From Spirochaetia bacterium (lineage in GTDB: Bacteria > Spirochaetota > Spirochaetia > SZUA-6 > Bin103), in NCBI GenBank assembly GCA_965203905.1, contig CBDBDQ010000005.1:6400001-6464000 (forward strand): a stretch of DNA of 64,000 nucleotides, written 5' to 3'. Below, piece after piece: positions 17,841-28,083 of this stretch. The notes under the pieces are model-generated. The model did no database searches, had not been told where the DNA came from, and saw only the letters and a list, made by a program, of their open reading frames with translations. The stretch's first letter is position 1. Each line of letters begins with the position of its first letter. The position numbers and the translations under genes were made by a program.

Positions 17841-18543
17841 CCTGGGTCAGCGCCTGCGCCGGAGTCCCGCGGGCCACCGTCCGCCCGCGATCCAGCACCA
17901 GCACCCCGTCGTATCCGGCGGTGACCTCGGCGATGTCGTGGGTCACGTACACCACGGTGAGCTCGGGGCGGCGCCGGAACAGTGCCGCCAGGTCCTCCAG
18001 GAAGCGCTCCCTTGCCGCGGGATCCAGTCCGATGGCGGGCTCATCGAGCAGCAGCAGCTCCACGTCCGGCGCCAGTGCCCGGGCGATCAGCACCCGCTGC
18101 CGCTCGCCGGTGGAGAGCGTGGCAAAGCGGCGCTCGGCCAGGTGCTCCACGGCCACCAGCTCCAGTTGACGGACGGCCTGGGCCCGGGCCTCCGCCGGCA
18201 CCTGGCCGTAGAGCACCAGTCCGCCGCGAGCCCGTGACATCACTACCTCGGCGGCGCTCATGAACGGGGGGATCTGGTAGCGCACGTCGCTGTGCACCCA
18301 GCCGATGCGCGCCCGCAGCAGGCGCAGGTCGGTGCGCCCGAAGCGCTCCCCCAGCACCTGCAGGGTCCCCTCGGAAGGATAGGCGTAGCCGGAAAACAAC
18401 CGTACCAGCGATGTCTTGCCGCTGCCGTTGGGACCCAACACGACCCAGCGCTCGCCGCCGCGGAGGGAGATGCTGATGTCGTCGAGTATCCGCGCACCAT
18501 CGACCACCAACGCGATGCCGCTGGCCGCGATCGTGGGTTGCAT
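17746..18543 (-). CDS. ABC transporter ATP-binding protein (ModF/YlmA-like)
   Basis: GPNGSGKT, LSTGERQR, LLDEP, VTH. Confidence 0.85.
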   Translation of the reverse strand: MQPTIAASGIALVVDGARILDDISISLRGGERWVVLGPNGSGKTSLVRLFSGYAYPSEGTLQVLGERFGRTDLRLLRARIGWVHSDVRYQIPPFMSAAEVVMSRARGGLVLYGQVPAEARAQAVRQLELVAVEHLAERRFATLSTGERQRVLIARALAPDVELLLLDEPAIGLDPAARERFLEDLAALFRRRPELTVVYVTHDIAEVTAGYDGVLVLDRGRTVARGTPAQALTQVTLQAVFGPRCRLHRHGDRYAIRFVPGPAAT

Positions 18544-18574
18544 GGCCTACGGCGCCACGGGGTGGCCTTGCGTG

Positions 18575-20281
18575 CTAATCGGCAACCGCGGTGGTGTTCA
18601 TCGAACGCAGGAATGCCTCGTTGTTCTTGCTCAGGCGCATGCGCTCCAGCAACAGCTCGATCACGGCTACTTCGTCCATCGGCCCGATCACCTTGCGCAG
18701 CACCCACATCTTGGCCAGCACCTCCTCGGACAGGAGCAGCTCTTCCTTGCGCGTGGCGGAGGCGTTGATGTTCAGCGCCGGATACAGGCGCCGGTCGGCC
18801 AGCCGCCGATCCAGCTTGATCTCCATGTTGCCGGTGCCCTTGAACTCCTCGAAGATCACCTCGTCCATGCGGCTGCCGGTCTCGATCAGGGCGGTTGCCA
18901 CGATGGTCAGGCTGCCGCCGTTCTCCACATTGCGCGCCGCGCCGAAGAACCGCTTGGGCTTGTGCAGGGCGTTCGAGTCCACACCGCCGGAGAGGATCTT
19001 GCCGGACGTCGGCACGGTCTGGTTGTAGGCCCGTGCCAGCCGGGTGATGGAGTCAAGCAGGATCACCACGTCCTTGCCGTGCTCCACCAGGCGCTTGGCC
19101 TTCTCGATCACCATCTCGGCCACCTGCACGTGCCGGGTGGCCTGCTCGTCGAAGGTCGACGACACCACCTCGCCCTGCACGTTGCGCTGCATGTCGGTGA
19201 CCTCCTCGGGGCGTTCGTCGATCAGCAGCACGATGAGGAAGATCTCCGGTTCGTTTTCGGTGATGGCGTTGGCGATACGCTGCATGATCACCGTCTTTCC
19301 CGCGCGCGGCGGCGACACGATCAGACCGCGCTGTCCCTTGCCGATGGGACAGAACAGGTTGATCATGCGGGTGGCCGGCTCGCCGTTCTTGGTCTCCATG
19401 TTGATCCGCTCATCCGGATAGAGCGGCGTCAGGCTCTCGAACGGGATCCGTGCCTGCGCCACCGCCGGCTCGTCGAAGTTCACGGTCTCCACCCGCAGCA
19501 TGGCGAAGAACCGCTCCTGCTCCTTGGGCGAACGGATCTGACCCGATACCGTATCTCCCGTCTTGAGGTTGAACAGACGGATCTGCGACGGGGAGATGTA
19601 GATGTCGTCGGGGCCCGGCAGGTAGCTGTAGTTGGGCGAGCGCAGGAATCCGTACCCGTCGGGCAGGATCTCCAGGGCGCCGTGGGCATAGATCACGCCG
19701 TTGCGTTCGGTGTGCTGCTTGAGAATGGTGAAGATGATCTCCTGCTTCTTCATCGACACCAGCGATTCCTGGTTGCCGCCCAGGGAGAGCGCCATCTCGC
19801 GCAGCTCGGTAATGGTCTTCACCGACAGTTCGTTGATGTGCAGCTTCTCTTCGTTGCCGGTGGGAACGGGCTCTCTGACGTAGTTGTTGTTGCTCGGCAG
19901 GTTGCGCCCTCGGGAACGGCCGCGCCGACGTCCCGGACCGGGACCGTCCCCGTAGTTGCCGTCGGCGTCGCGCCGGCCGCGGCCGCGCTCCGGACGCTCG
20001 CGTTCATATTCCGGGCGCTCGCTGGTACCCGTCGGCGCCCCGCCCTCGCCGGGCTCCTTGATCAACTCCACCCGCAGGCGCCGCTTGCGGCCGCGCCGGG
20101 TCGGCCGCTCGCCGTTGTTGACCTCGCTGCGGCGCGGCGGCGGCGCGTCCTGCTCGACCGGCGGTGCCGGCGGTGGCGCCTCGGGCGGCGTAGCTGGGGC
20201 CGGTGCCGCGGCGGACGGCACCGCGGCGGACGGTGGTGCCGACTCTTCTACTTGGGAATTCGAATCTTGGTCATCTGACAT
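18575..20281 (-). CDS. rho: Transcription termination factor Rho with a long N-terminal extension
   Basis: [56 protein letters not shown]. Confidence 0.97.
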   Translation of the reverse strand: MSDDQDSNSQVEESAPPSAAVPSAAAPAPATPPEAPPPAPPVEQDAPPPRRSEVNNGERPTRRGRKRRLRVELIKEPGEGGAPTGTSERPEYERERPERGRGRRDADGNYGDGPGPGRRRGRSRGRNLPSNNNYVREPVPTGNEEKLHINELSVKTITELREMALSLGGNQESLVSMKKQEIIFTILKQHTERNGVIYAHGALEILPDGYGFLRSPNYSYLPGPDDIYISPSQIRLFNLKTGDTVSGQIRSPKEQERFFAMLRVETVNFDEPAVAQARIPFESLTPLYPDERINMETKNGEPATRMINLFCPIGKGQRGLIVSPPRAGKTVIMQRIANAITENEPEIFLIVLLIDERPEEVTDMQRNVQGEVVSSTFDEQATRHVQVAEMVIEKAKRLVEHGKDVVILLDSITRLARAYNQTVPTSGKILSGGVDSNALHKPKRFFGAARNVENGGSLTIVATALIETGSRMDEVIFEEFKGTGNMEIKLDRRLADRRLYPALNINASATRKEELLLSEEVLAKMWVLRKVIGPMDEVAVIELLLERMRLSKNNEAFLRSMNTTAVAD

Positions 20282-20505
20282 GCGAGGACTCCAGGGTCAG
20301 GATGCACATCGTGCGAAACGCAGGCGGAAACAGCGCCGCCCGTACGTCGTTTGTCTAATGAAAAGATGTGTTCGCGACTGGACTCACCGAACCTTTCCGA
20401 TGGGCAACAATTCTGCGACGAACTTACTCCCGTGGAATCCTGTCCCACCGGTGCAGCGTCGTCCGGCAAGCCGTAATCCGGGCGCGTGCGCCCACTGTTG
20501 AGCTA

Positions 20506-20535
20506 ACTTTACGCCCATTGCCACGGCGGCGTCAA
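20506..20535 (-). promoter_or_regulatory. Putative sigma70 promoter of rho (leader of about 220 nt)
   Basis: TTGACG-18 nt-TAAAGT. Confidence 0.55.
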
Positions 20536-20589
20536 CGGGGCCGCCGGAAGAAACCGGTATGCCGGGCGGGGGAAATGAACGGTCCCGAT

Positions 20590-21336
20590 TCACCGGTTGC
20601 CGACGGGCTGGTCGCCACGACCGCTCAGCCGGTCATGAATCAGGGTCTGCAGCTCCTCGAGGCTGAGGTCTCCCTCCTTCAGGCGATCTCCCTGACCGCG
20701 TACCAGAGTGATCTGCTCCTCGAGTTCGCTCAGCGTCGTCAGCACCGCCTGTGACTGCTCGGCCACCGTCGCCGCGAACGCCCGCAACGCATCGGCGTCG
20801 CCCTCCTGCTGCAGCCACTCGACCCGGCGCACCTGCTCCTCCAGGGGTCGCCGCACGTGCTCGGAAAAGAAGATCAGCGACTCGTTGAGCGCCTCGATGA
20901 TCCCGAGCCGGTGCTCGCGCCGGGCGAGTTGCCGGGTCAGCTCGTGGCGATGCAGAACGGCCCGGATCCGCGCCAGCACCTCGGAGAAATTGAACGGCTT
21001 GGTGATGTAGTCGTCCACCCCCAACTCCAGGCCCTCGATGCGATCGGCTATCTCATCCATGGCCGAGAACATGATGATGGGCACGTGGCGGTACTGGGCA
21101 TACTCGGGAGCGTTCTTGATCCTCCGCGTCACCTCCCAGCCGGACAACCCCGGCATCAGGTTGTCGAGCACGATGAGATCGGGAGCCACCGCCGCCAACT
21201 GCTCGAGCGCCTGGCGGCCGTCTGCGGCCTTGGAGACTTCGAAACCGAGGCGCGACAGCATCACCTCGAACAGATCGAGATTGATCGGTTCGTCGTCGAC
21301 GATGAGAATCCTGGCGTGTGTGGTGCTGTCCGACAT
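20590..21336 (-). CDS. Response regulator: REC domain with a helical/coiled-coil C-terminus
   Basis: ILIVDDE, PDLIVLDNLMPGLSG, DDYITKPFN; no HTH output domain. Confidence 0.85.
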   Translation of the reverse strand: MSDSTTHARILIVDDEPINLDLFEVMLSRLGFEVSKAADGRQALEQLAAVAPDLIVLDNLMPGLSGWEVTRRIKNAPEYAQYRHVPIIMFSAMDEIADRIEGLELGVDDYITKPFNFSEVLARIRAVLHRHELTRQLARREHRLGIIEALNESLIFFSEHVRRPLEEQVRRVEWLQQEGDADALRAFAATVAEQSQAVLTTLSELEEQITLVRGQGDRLKEGDLSLEELQTLIHDRLSGRGDQPVGNR

Positions 21337-21386
21337 GGCTGCGAGCGTGGAACGGATGGTGATCTTCCTACAGCGCGATGGGCGTG

Positions 21387-23078
21387 TCAACGGCGGGGGC
21401 GGTGCTGCCCCGCGGCCAGTCGCATGCCGCTGACGGCGAGCAGTGCCAGCCCCGCCACCAGCGCCGCCACCCCGAACCAGTCCCCCCAACGGGTGTAGAG
21501 GGTCCGGGGGCCATCCACCACCGGCACGGTGCCGATCAGGTAGGCGTCGGTGAACGGCTCCAGCACCTGCAGCAGGCGGCCGTCCGGATCGACGGTCACG
21601 GTCATCCCGCCATTGGTGGAGCGCACCACCGAACGCCGGTTCTCCACCGCTCGGAATATCCCTATCATCATGTGCTGCATCTCGGCCGGCACCGAGGCCG
21701 ACCACGAGTCGTTGCTCATGTTCACCAGTACCTGCGCCCCCTCGCGAACGAATTCCCGACCGAGATAGCCGAAGGTGTCCTCGAAGCAGATCAGGATGGA
21801 GAACCGCACCCCCGGGTGACCGCTGCCGGCGCCGGAGTCGAACACGACGAACTCCGTGCCCTGCTTCCAGAAGTGGGTGTCGGCTTCCTTCAGCCACTGG
21901 TAGATCCCCGGCAGCTGGCGCTTGAACGGAAAGCTCTCCGTGAAGGGCACCAGGTGGATCTTGCGGTAGGTCTGCACGATCTCGCCCTCGTGGAACATGA
22001 TCGCCGCGTTGTAGTCCACCCGCACCTCACCGTCGGCGGTGCGCTCCAGTTGCCCGTCGTCGTTGCCCACCACGAATGGCACGCTCTGCCGGTCCAGGTA
22101 GGCGCGCAGCCGCTGTACCAGGGCGTAGCGGCGCGAGTCGGTGCGGTGCCGCGTATGCCAGTCGATCCCGGGCACGAACGAGGTCTCCGACCAGATCACG
22201 ATGTCGGGATCCTCACGCAGTGCCGCCTCGCTGAGCCGCAGCAGGATCTCCAGCGACCGCTCGTAGGCGTAGAATCCGCCGCGCCAGGGATCGATATTCT
22301 GCTGCACCAGGGCCACGCGCCACTGGCGCACCGCCTGGTAGTCGGCCCGCGCAGTCGCCCCGTACACCACGTTGGCCGCCAGCAGCAGCACCAGACAGAG
22401 CAGTGGAATCCGGTGCCGCGCCCAGAACCGCGCCAGCAATGCGCGCCGCCACGGAGCCGACCGTGCTTCCAGCGCCTCCAGCGCCCACCGGGCCAGCAGC
22501 GCCGACGGGGCGATCACCAGCAGGGACACCCCCCACACCCCGGTGACGCCGGCGATCTGAATGAAGTCGGTCCACAGATACTGGGTGTAGCCGAGGATGC
22601 CGTAGCTGTAGCCGAGGAAGCCGAGGCTCTTGACAAACTCGTAACCGACCCAGACCAGGATCTGCACCAGGTAGCCGTAGCGGGGAAAGAGCTGATCGGC
22701 CAGCTTCAGGAGCAGGAACAGGACCAGCAGATAGCCCATGTAGACAACCGGCACGATGATGATGGCCAGCGGGTGAAACGTAGCCAGCCAGTAGTTGTAG
22801 AGGGCGTAGCTGACGTAGCCGTACAGCACGCCGTAGAGCACCACCCGCAGCCACCCGGCGCGCCGCAGCACCAGGAACACCGGTGCCAGCGCAACGAACG
22901 CCAACGGCCCCACGCCCCAACGCGAGAGCAGGCTGGGGTGGGCCAGGGCGAACAGCAGCGCGGACAGCAGCAGCAGCCCGATCTCGCCGGTGGTGGTACG
23001 GAGCAGTGCGGCGGCCGCGCCCAGCAGGCCGGGCCGCTCCGGGGTGCGCGTCTCGTCGGTAAGGGATATGTCGGTCAC
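21387..23078 (-). CDS. lnt: Apolipoprotein N-acyltransferase (copy 2)
   Basis: WSETS, YRKIHLVPFTE, ICFED, NDSW, RAVENRRS. Confidence 0.9.
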   Translation of the reverse strand: MTDISLTDETRTPERPGLLGAAAALLRTTTGEIGLLLLSALLFALAHPSLLSRWGVGPLAFVALAPVFLVLRRAGWLRVVLYGVLYGYVSYALYNYWLATFHPLAIIIVPVVYMGYLLVLFLLLKLADQLFPRYGYLVQILVWVGYEFVKSLGFLGYSYGILGYTQYLWTDFIQIAGVTGVWGVSLLVIAPSALLARWALEALEARSAPWRRALLARFWARHRIPLLCLVLLLAANVVYGATARADYQAVRQWRVALVQQNIDPWRGGFYAYERSLEILLRLSEAALREDPDIVIWSETSFVPGIDWHTRHRTDSRRYALVQRLRAYLDRQSVPFVVGNDDGQLERTADGEVRVDYNAAIMFHEGEIVQTYRKIHLVPFTESFPFKRQLPGIYQWLKEADTHFWKQGTEFVVFDSGAGSGHPGVRFSILICFEDTFGYLGREFVREGAQVLVNMSNDSWSASVPAEMQHMMIGIFRAVENRRSVVRSTNGGMTVTVDPDGRLLQVLEPFTDAYLIGTVPVVDGPRTLYTRWGDWFGVAALVAGLALLAVSGMRLAAGQHRPRR

Positions 23079-23156
23079 GTCACGACCCGGCGCGTCTGCG
23101 CCGGCAGCGGGCCGCGGAGGGTCACGACCGTGAACCGCCGCCGCGCGCCCGTCGGG

Positions 23157-23459
23157 TCAGCGGCGAAGTTGCCAGGCGCGCCGTTTCAGCTCCCGGCCCG
23201 GTCGGAAGGTGACCACGCCGTGGTCTTCGACTTCCACTGCCTCTCCGGTCTTCGGATTGCGCGCTTTGCGCCCCTTGCGGGTCCGTATCTCGAAGGTCCC
23301 GAAGCCACGCAGCTCTATGGTGTGCTCGTCGAGCAGGCCGTCCTTCACCGCATCGAAGAACAGGCCGAGGACCTTGTGGATGCCCTTCTTGCTTACGTCG
23401 ACCTCGGGATAGATGATCTCGATGATTTCCGCTTTGGTCAGCTTCCGGTCCCCAGCCAC
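23157..23459 (-). CDS. HU/IHF family DNA-binding protein (Hbb-like)
   Basis: LTKAEI, IELRGFGTFE, ARNPKTGE, FRPGRELK. Confidence 0.9.
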   Translation of the reverse strand: MAGDRKLTKAEIIEIIYPEVDVSKKGIHKVLGLFFDAVKDGLLDEHTIELRGFGTFEIRTRKGRKARNPKTGEAVEVEDHGVVTFRPGRELKRRAWQLRR

Positions 23460-23565
23460 CTTCGCTCTCCACACGCAGCGCCACGGGGCGCATGAATCTC
23501 TCTCACTTCGTTCCGCGGGCGTGGGACGCGGAGCCCGCCACCGGAAGCCCGCTGCCCGCGGTTTC

Positions 23566-23586
23566 GCTTGCCGGTAGCCGGCAAGC
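23566..23586. terminator. Perfect 9-bp hairpin just after the rpsT stop
   Basis: GCTTGCCGG-TAG-CCGGCAAGC; no U-tract, so its role is uncertain. Confidence 0.4.
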
Positions 23587-23589
23587 CCT

Positions 23590-23844
23590 CTACAGGTTCG
23601 ACCGGCTGGCGGCGAGCCGACGCTTGCGACGCGCGGCGGTGTTGCGCTTCAGCACGCCCTTCGACACGGCGCGGTCCAACTGGCCCGTGACCGCCGCGAA
23701 CTGCTCGTCGGTTACGCTGCCGTCCGCCATCGCCTCCCGCACCTTGCGCATGGCGGTTCGCACACGGCTCATCACCGCGCGGTTGCGCAGGCGTCGCTTT
23801 TCGTTCTGTCGCTGCCGTTTGGCAGCCGAACGCTTGCTCGGCAA
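23590..23844 (-). CDS. rpsT: 30S ribosomal protein S20
   Basis: SAAKRQRQNEKRRLRNR...LDRAVSKGVLKRNTAARRK; [10 protein letters not shown]. Confidence 0.95.
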   Translation of the reverse strand: MPSKRSAAKRQRQNEKRRLRNRAVMSRVRTAMRKVREAMADGSVTDEQFAAVTGQLDRAVSKGVLKRNTAARRKRRLAASRSNL

Positions 23845-23898
23845 AGCTACCTCCTCGTGGACCGGGCGCCGGATCTGGAGTGACGCCGTATGAGCGTT

Positions 23899-23928
23899 AA
23901 CCTAAACAACTAACCGTGACCGAGTCAA
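23899..23928 (-). promoter_or_regulatory. Putative sigma70 promoter of rpsT
   Basis: TTGACT-18 nt-TAGGTT. Confidence 0.5.
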
Positions 23929-23943
23929 CGTGGGGAGCGGGCG

Positions 23944-25188
23944 TCACGGTCCGCGGGTCAACCGCTCCGGCCGGGGCAGAAAGCGAAAAAACCGTTTCTT
24001 GCCGGCACGCAGCACCAACTCGTCCCCGCCGGTCAGGCTGATCTCCTCGTAGACATCGGTGCGCACCTTGCCGTTGAGCCACGCTCCACCCTGCTCGATG
24101 AGGCGGCGAGCCTCGCTCTTGGAGGAGCACAGGGCGCTGCTGGCGAACAGCTCCACCAGGGGAGCGGAGGTTCCCACCCCGGCGGGCAGCTCGGCACTCG
24201 GCATGGCGGAGGTATCGCCGCCGCCGCCGGTGAACAGCGCCCTGCTGGCGTCGCGGGCACGGTCCGCCTCCTCCTGGCCGTGCACCATGCCGGTAAGCTC
24301 CACCGCCAGGCGCTCCTTGGCCTTCCCGAGCGCACGGTCGCGGAGCGCGCTCAGCTCCGCCAACTCCGCATCGGGCAGCAGGGTGAGCAGCGCCAACAGC
24401 TTGGGGACGTCGGCGTCCGGTACGTTGATCCAGTACTGGTAGAACTGGTAGGGACTGACCCGCGCGGGATCGAGGAATAGCGCACCCGCCGCCGTCTTGC
24501 CCATCTTGTTGCCGTCCGCGGTGGTCACCAGCGGCCAGGTCAGGGCGTGCGCCTCCACCCGCTCTACCCGGCGGATCAGGTCGACGCCGGCCAGGATGTT
24601 GGCCCATTGATCGTCGCCGCCGATCTGCAGCAGGCAGCCGTGGCGCCGCTGCAGCACCAGGAAGTCGTAGGCCTGCAGCAGCAGGTAGTTGAACTCCAGG
24701 AAGCTCAGTCCGGTCTCGAGACGGCGCCGATAGGTCTCGAAGCCAAGCATGCGGTTCACCGAGAAGTGGCGGCCGATCTCGCGCAGGAAATCCAGGTAGC
24801 CGAGATCGGCGAGCCACTCGGCGTTGTTCACCACGGTGGTGCGCTCCAGGTCGATGAAACGGCCGACCTGGCGCTGCATCAACTCGGCGTTGCGGGCCAC
24901 GGTCTCCAGCGGCAGCAGCGGGCGCATCTCGTCCTTGTCCGACGGATCGCCCACGCGCGCGGTGGCACCGCCGATCAGCAGCACTGGCCGGTGACCCGCG
25001 CGCTGCAAGTGGGCCATGGCCAGCAGCCCGACCAGGTGGCCCGCGTGCAGACTCGGTCCCGTGGGATCGATGCCGAGGTAGAAGGCAACCGGACCCTCGT
25101 CGAGCAGCCGGTTCAGCGCCTCGCCATCGGTGGTCTGCTTGACGAACCCGCGCCGTGAAAGGGTCGCGAACGCATCCATGCCGGTCAC
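23944..25188 (-). CDS. tyrS: Tyrosine--tRNA ligase
   Basis: GIDPTGPSLHAGH, QAYDF, QIGGDDQW, KMGKT, S4-like C-terminus. Confidence 0.95.
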   Translation of the reverse strand: MTGMDAFATLSRRGFVKQTTDGEALNRLLDEGPVAFYLGIDPTGPSLHAGHLVGLLAMAHLQRAGHRPVLLIGGATARVGDPSDKDEMRPLLPLETVARNAELMQRQVGRFIDLERTTVVNNAEWLADLGYLDFLREIGRHFSVNRMLGFETYRRRLETGLSFLEFNYLLLQAYDFLVLQRRHGCLLQIGGDDQWANILAGVDLIRRVERVEAHALTWPLVTTADGNKMGKTAAGALFLDPARVSPYQFYQYWINVPDADVPKLLALLTLLPDAELAELSALRDRALGKAKERLAVELTGMVHGQEEADRARDASRALFTGGGGDTSAMPSAELPAGVGTSAPLVELFASSALCSSKSEARRLIEQGGAWLNGKVRTDVYEEISLTGGDELVLRAGKKRFFRFLPRPERLTRGP

Positions 25189-26513
25189 GGCACGGCCGCG
25201 CGCCGGTAGCTGCGGATCGCCTCCTGCAGGTGCACGGTCAGCTCGCGGCGGGCCACGCGTTCCTGTGCGGTGGAGTCGCGGAAGCGCACGGTTACCGTGT
25301 CGTCATCCATGCTCTGGTAATCCACCGTCACGCAGAAGGGAGTGCCGATCTCGTCCTGGCGCCGGTAGCGGCGGCCGATCGCGCCACCCTGGTCGTAAAA
25401 GGTGGCGAACGATTCGCGCAACTCCATCTCGATCTCGCGCGCCCGTTCCGCCAGGCCATCCTTCTTCACCAGGGGGAACACCCCTACCGTGATCGGCGCC
25501 ACACGCGGATGGAAGCGCAGCAGCACGCGGCGCTCGCCACCGACCTCGTCCTCGGCGTAGGCGTCCGCCAGCGCCATCAGCACCGAACGGGTCAGGCCCA
25601 CCGCGGTCTCGATGATGAACGGCACGTAGCGCTCGCGGCTGGTCTCGTCCAGGTAGCTCAGGTCCTTGCCGGCAAACTCCATGTGGCGCTTCAGATCGTA
25701 GTCGGTGCGGTTGTGGATCCCTTCCAGCTCCTGCCAGCCGAACGGAAACCGGTACTGGATGTCGTACGCGTCGCGCGCGTAGTGGGCCAGCTCGTCGGGG
25801 CCGTGCTGGTGAAAGCGCAGGTTGTCCGGGTCGATACCGAGATCGAGGTAGTACTGGAAACGGCGCTCCTTCCAGTGCTCGAACCAGCGCACGTCCTCGC
25901 CGGGATGCACGAAATACTGCATCTCCATCTGCTCGAACTCGCAGGTGCGGAAGATGAAGCTCTTGGTGGTGATCTCGTTGCGGAACGCCTTCCCCACCTG
26001 GGCGATGCCGAAGGGAACCTTGAGCCGGCTCGACTGCAGCACGTTCTTGAAGTTGACGTAGCTGCCCTGCGCCGTCTCGGGACGCAGATACACCACGCTG
26101 CCCGCGTCCTGCACCGGTCCCAGGTGGGTCCGGAACATCAGATTGAACTGGCGTGCCGCGGTCAGCTCCGGCTTGCCGCATTGCGGACAGGGACCCGCAG
26201 GATCCTGGATCTGGTCGGCGCGAAAGCGGGCCTTGCAGGTGCGACAGTCCACCAGCGGGTCGGTGAAGTTCTCGACGTGGCCGGACGCCTCCCACACCCG
26301 CGGGTGCATCAGGATGGCGGCGTCGATGCCGACGATGTTGTCGTGGAGCTGGGTCATCTCCCGCCACCAGATGTCGCGCAGCCGGTTCTTGAGCGCGGCA
26401 CCGAGGGGGCCGTAGTCCCACGCCGACGCGAGGCCGCCGTACACGTCGCTGGAGGGGAAGATGAAGCCGCGCCGCTTGCACAGCGCGACCAGAGTGTCCA
26501 TGGCTACCGCCAC
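25185..26513 (-). CDS. glyQS: Glycine--tRNA ligase (alpha2 type)
   Basis: LCKRRGF, YLRPETAQG, GKAFRNEI, FRTCEFEQME, IGRRYRRQDEIGTP. Confidence 0.95.
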   Translation of the reverse strand: MAVAMDTLVALCKRRGFIFPSSDVYGGLASAWDYGPLGAALKNRLRDIWWREMTQLHDNIVGIDAAILMHPRVWEASGHVENFTDPLVDCRTCKARFRADQIQDPAGPCPQCGKPELTAARQFNLMFRTHLGPVQDAGSVVYLRPETAQGSYVNFKNVLQSSRLKVPFGIAQVGKAFRNEITTKSFIFRTCEFEQMEMQYFVHPGEDVRWFEHWKERRFQYYLDLGIDPDNLRFHQHGPDELAHYARDAYDIQYRFPFGWQELEGIHNRTDYDLKRHMEFAGKDLSYLDETSRERYVPFIIETAVGLTRSVLMALADAYAEDEVGGERRVLLRFHPRVAPITVGVFPLVKKDGLAERAREIEMELRESFATFYDQGGAIGRRYRRQDEIGTPFCVTVDYQSMDDDTVTVRFRDSTAQERVARRELTVHLQEAIRSYRRAAVP

Positions 26514-26515
26514 CG

Positions 26516-27985
26516 CTAGCTCCCGACCTCGTCCAGCGTGTTCAGGGCCTGCGCCAGGCGGCGCCGCACCCGCTCCGCGCCGAGCAGGCGCAGGGAACCG
26601 AACAGCGGCGGCGACACCCGGCTACCGGTAGCCGCCAGTCGAATCGTCATCATCAGATCTCCAAACTTCACGCCCTGGGCCGTGGCCAGCTCCCGGAGCC
26701 GTTCCTCCAGCAGATGATCGCCGGCTTCCGGCGTCGTATCGCCGGTTTCCGGCGTCAGCTCCTGCAACAGCGGTACGGCCGCGCGCAGCAGAGCCGCCGC
26801 CTGCGCCGCCGTCAGCCGCTTGGGCAGCAGCTCCGCGGCACTCAGCTTCCGGTCCGCCGCCAGGAACGCGGCCCGCTCGCCCACCTCGTCGAGCACCGAC
26901 AGGCGCTCGCGCAACAGCGCGGCCAGGACCGGCGTCCGGTCGTCCGCCAGCTCGATTCCTGCCGCCCGCAGGTACGGCGCCATGGCCGCCGCGAGACGTG
27001 CCGGCGATAACATACGGATGTACTGGCCGTTGAACCACTCCAGCTTGCGATGATCGAACACCGCGCCGGCGCGTCCGAGCCGCTCCAGGCTGAAGGCGCG
27101 CTCCAGCTCGTCGAGGCGGAACAGCTCGCGGTCGTCGCCCGGCGACCAGCCAAGCAGGGCCAGATAGTTGACCAGAGCCTGCGGCAGGAAGCCACGGCGC
27201 CGGAACTCGCCGATGCCGGTGGCCCCGTGGCGCTTGCCCAGCTTCCTGCCGTCGGGACCGTTCACCGCCGGCAGGTGGGCGTAGCGGGGCGGCTGCCAGC
27301 CGCACGCCTCGAAGATCAACACGTGCAGCGGCGCCGAGGAGACCCATTCCTGCGCACGCAGCACGTGGCTGATGCGCATCTCGTGGTCGTCGACGATCGC
27401 CGCCAGGTGATAGGTCGGGAATCCGTCCGACTTCAGCAACACCGGATCGGGGTTGATGTCGCGGTTGGCGCGCTCGATGGGCCCCAGCAGGAGATCCTCG
27501 TAGCGCGTGGCGCCCTGCAACGGCACCTTGAATCGAATCACCGAGGGCGACCCGAGGCGCTCCTGTGCCGCCCGTGCGTCCGGCGTCAGGTCGCGGCAGT
27601 GGCGGTCGTAGCCGTGGCCGGCGGCGCGGACCCGCTCCAGGCGCTCGGCGGAGCAGTAGCAGCGGTAGGCGCGACCCGCCGCCACCATCCGCTCCGCTGC
27701 CGCCCGATGGAGGTCGACGCGCTGCGACTGCACGTACGGCGCATAGGGGCCGCCGACGTCCGGACCCTCGTCCCAGCGCAGTCCGAGCCAGGTCAGCGTG
27801 TCGTACACATCGGCCAGCGCGTCCGGATCGTAGCGCCGGCGATCGGTGTCCTCGATGCGCAGCACGAAGGTGCCGCCGGTAGCGCGCGCCAGCAGATAGT
27901 CGAACAGCGCCGTGCGTACGTTGCCCACGTGCTGGCGCCCGGTCGGTGATGGAGCGTAGCGAACCCTGACTTCCATGTTTTCCAA
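26516..27985 (-). CDS. gltX: Glutamate--tRNA ligase
   Basis: RYAPSPTGRQHVGN, LRIEDTD, PTYHLA..VDD, KLGKRH. Confidence 0.95.
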   Translation of the reverse strand: MENMEVRVRYAPSPTGRQHVGNVRTALFDYLLARATGGTFVLRIEDTDRRRYDPDALADVYDTLTWLGLRWDEGPDVGGPYAPYVQSQRVDLHRAAAERMVAAGRAYRCYCSAERLERVRAAGHGYDRHCRDLTPDARAAQERLGSPSVIRFKVPLQGATRYEDLLLGPIERANRDINPDPVLLKSDGFPTYHLAAIVDDHEMRISHVLRAQEWVSSAPLHVLIFEACGWQPPRYAHLPAVNGPDGRKLGKRHGATGIGEFRRRGFLPQALVNYLALLGWSPGDDRELFRLDELERAFSLERLGRAGAVFDHRKLEWFNGQYIRMLSPARLAAAMAPYLRAAGIELADDRTPVLAALLRERLSVLDEVGERAAFLAADRKLSAAELLPKRLTAAQAAALLRAAVPLLQELTPETGDTTPEAGDHLLEERLRELATAQGVKFGDLMMTIRLAATGSRVSPPLFGSLRLLGAERVRRRLAQALNTLDEVGS

Positions 27986-28026
27986 TGTGGCTACGTGTAG
28001 CTACTGCAAATTCGGGTGCCTGAAAG

Positions 28027-28080
28027 CCCGTGGTGGAACCCGGCGCTGCACCTCAAGTGCAGCCGGTGTTTCGCCACGGG
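28027..28080 (-). terminator. Long hairpin directly after the EF-G II-like gene
   Basis: CCCGTGG...GCTGCAC-CTCAA-GTGCAGC...CCACGGG, followed by CTTTC on the minus strand. Confidence 0.5.
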
Positions 28081-28083
28081 CCG

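Noticed and set aside
16218-23078. Two lnt paralogs as a novelty
   Set aside because: Both keep the E-K-C triad, and duplicated lnt is known in treponeme-like spirochetes.
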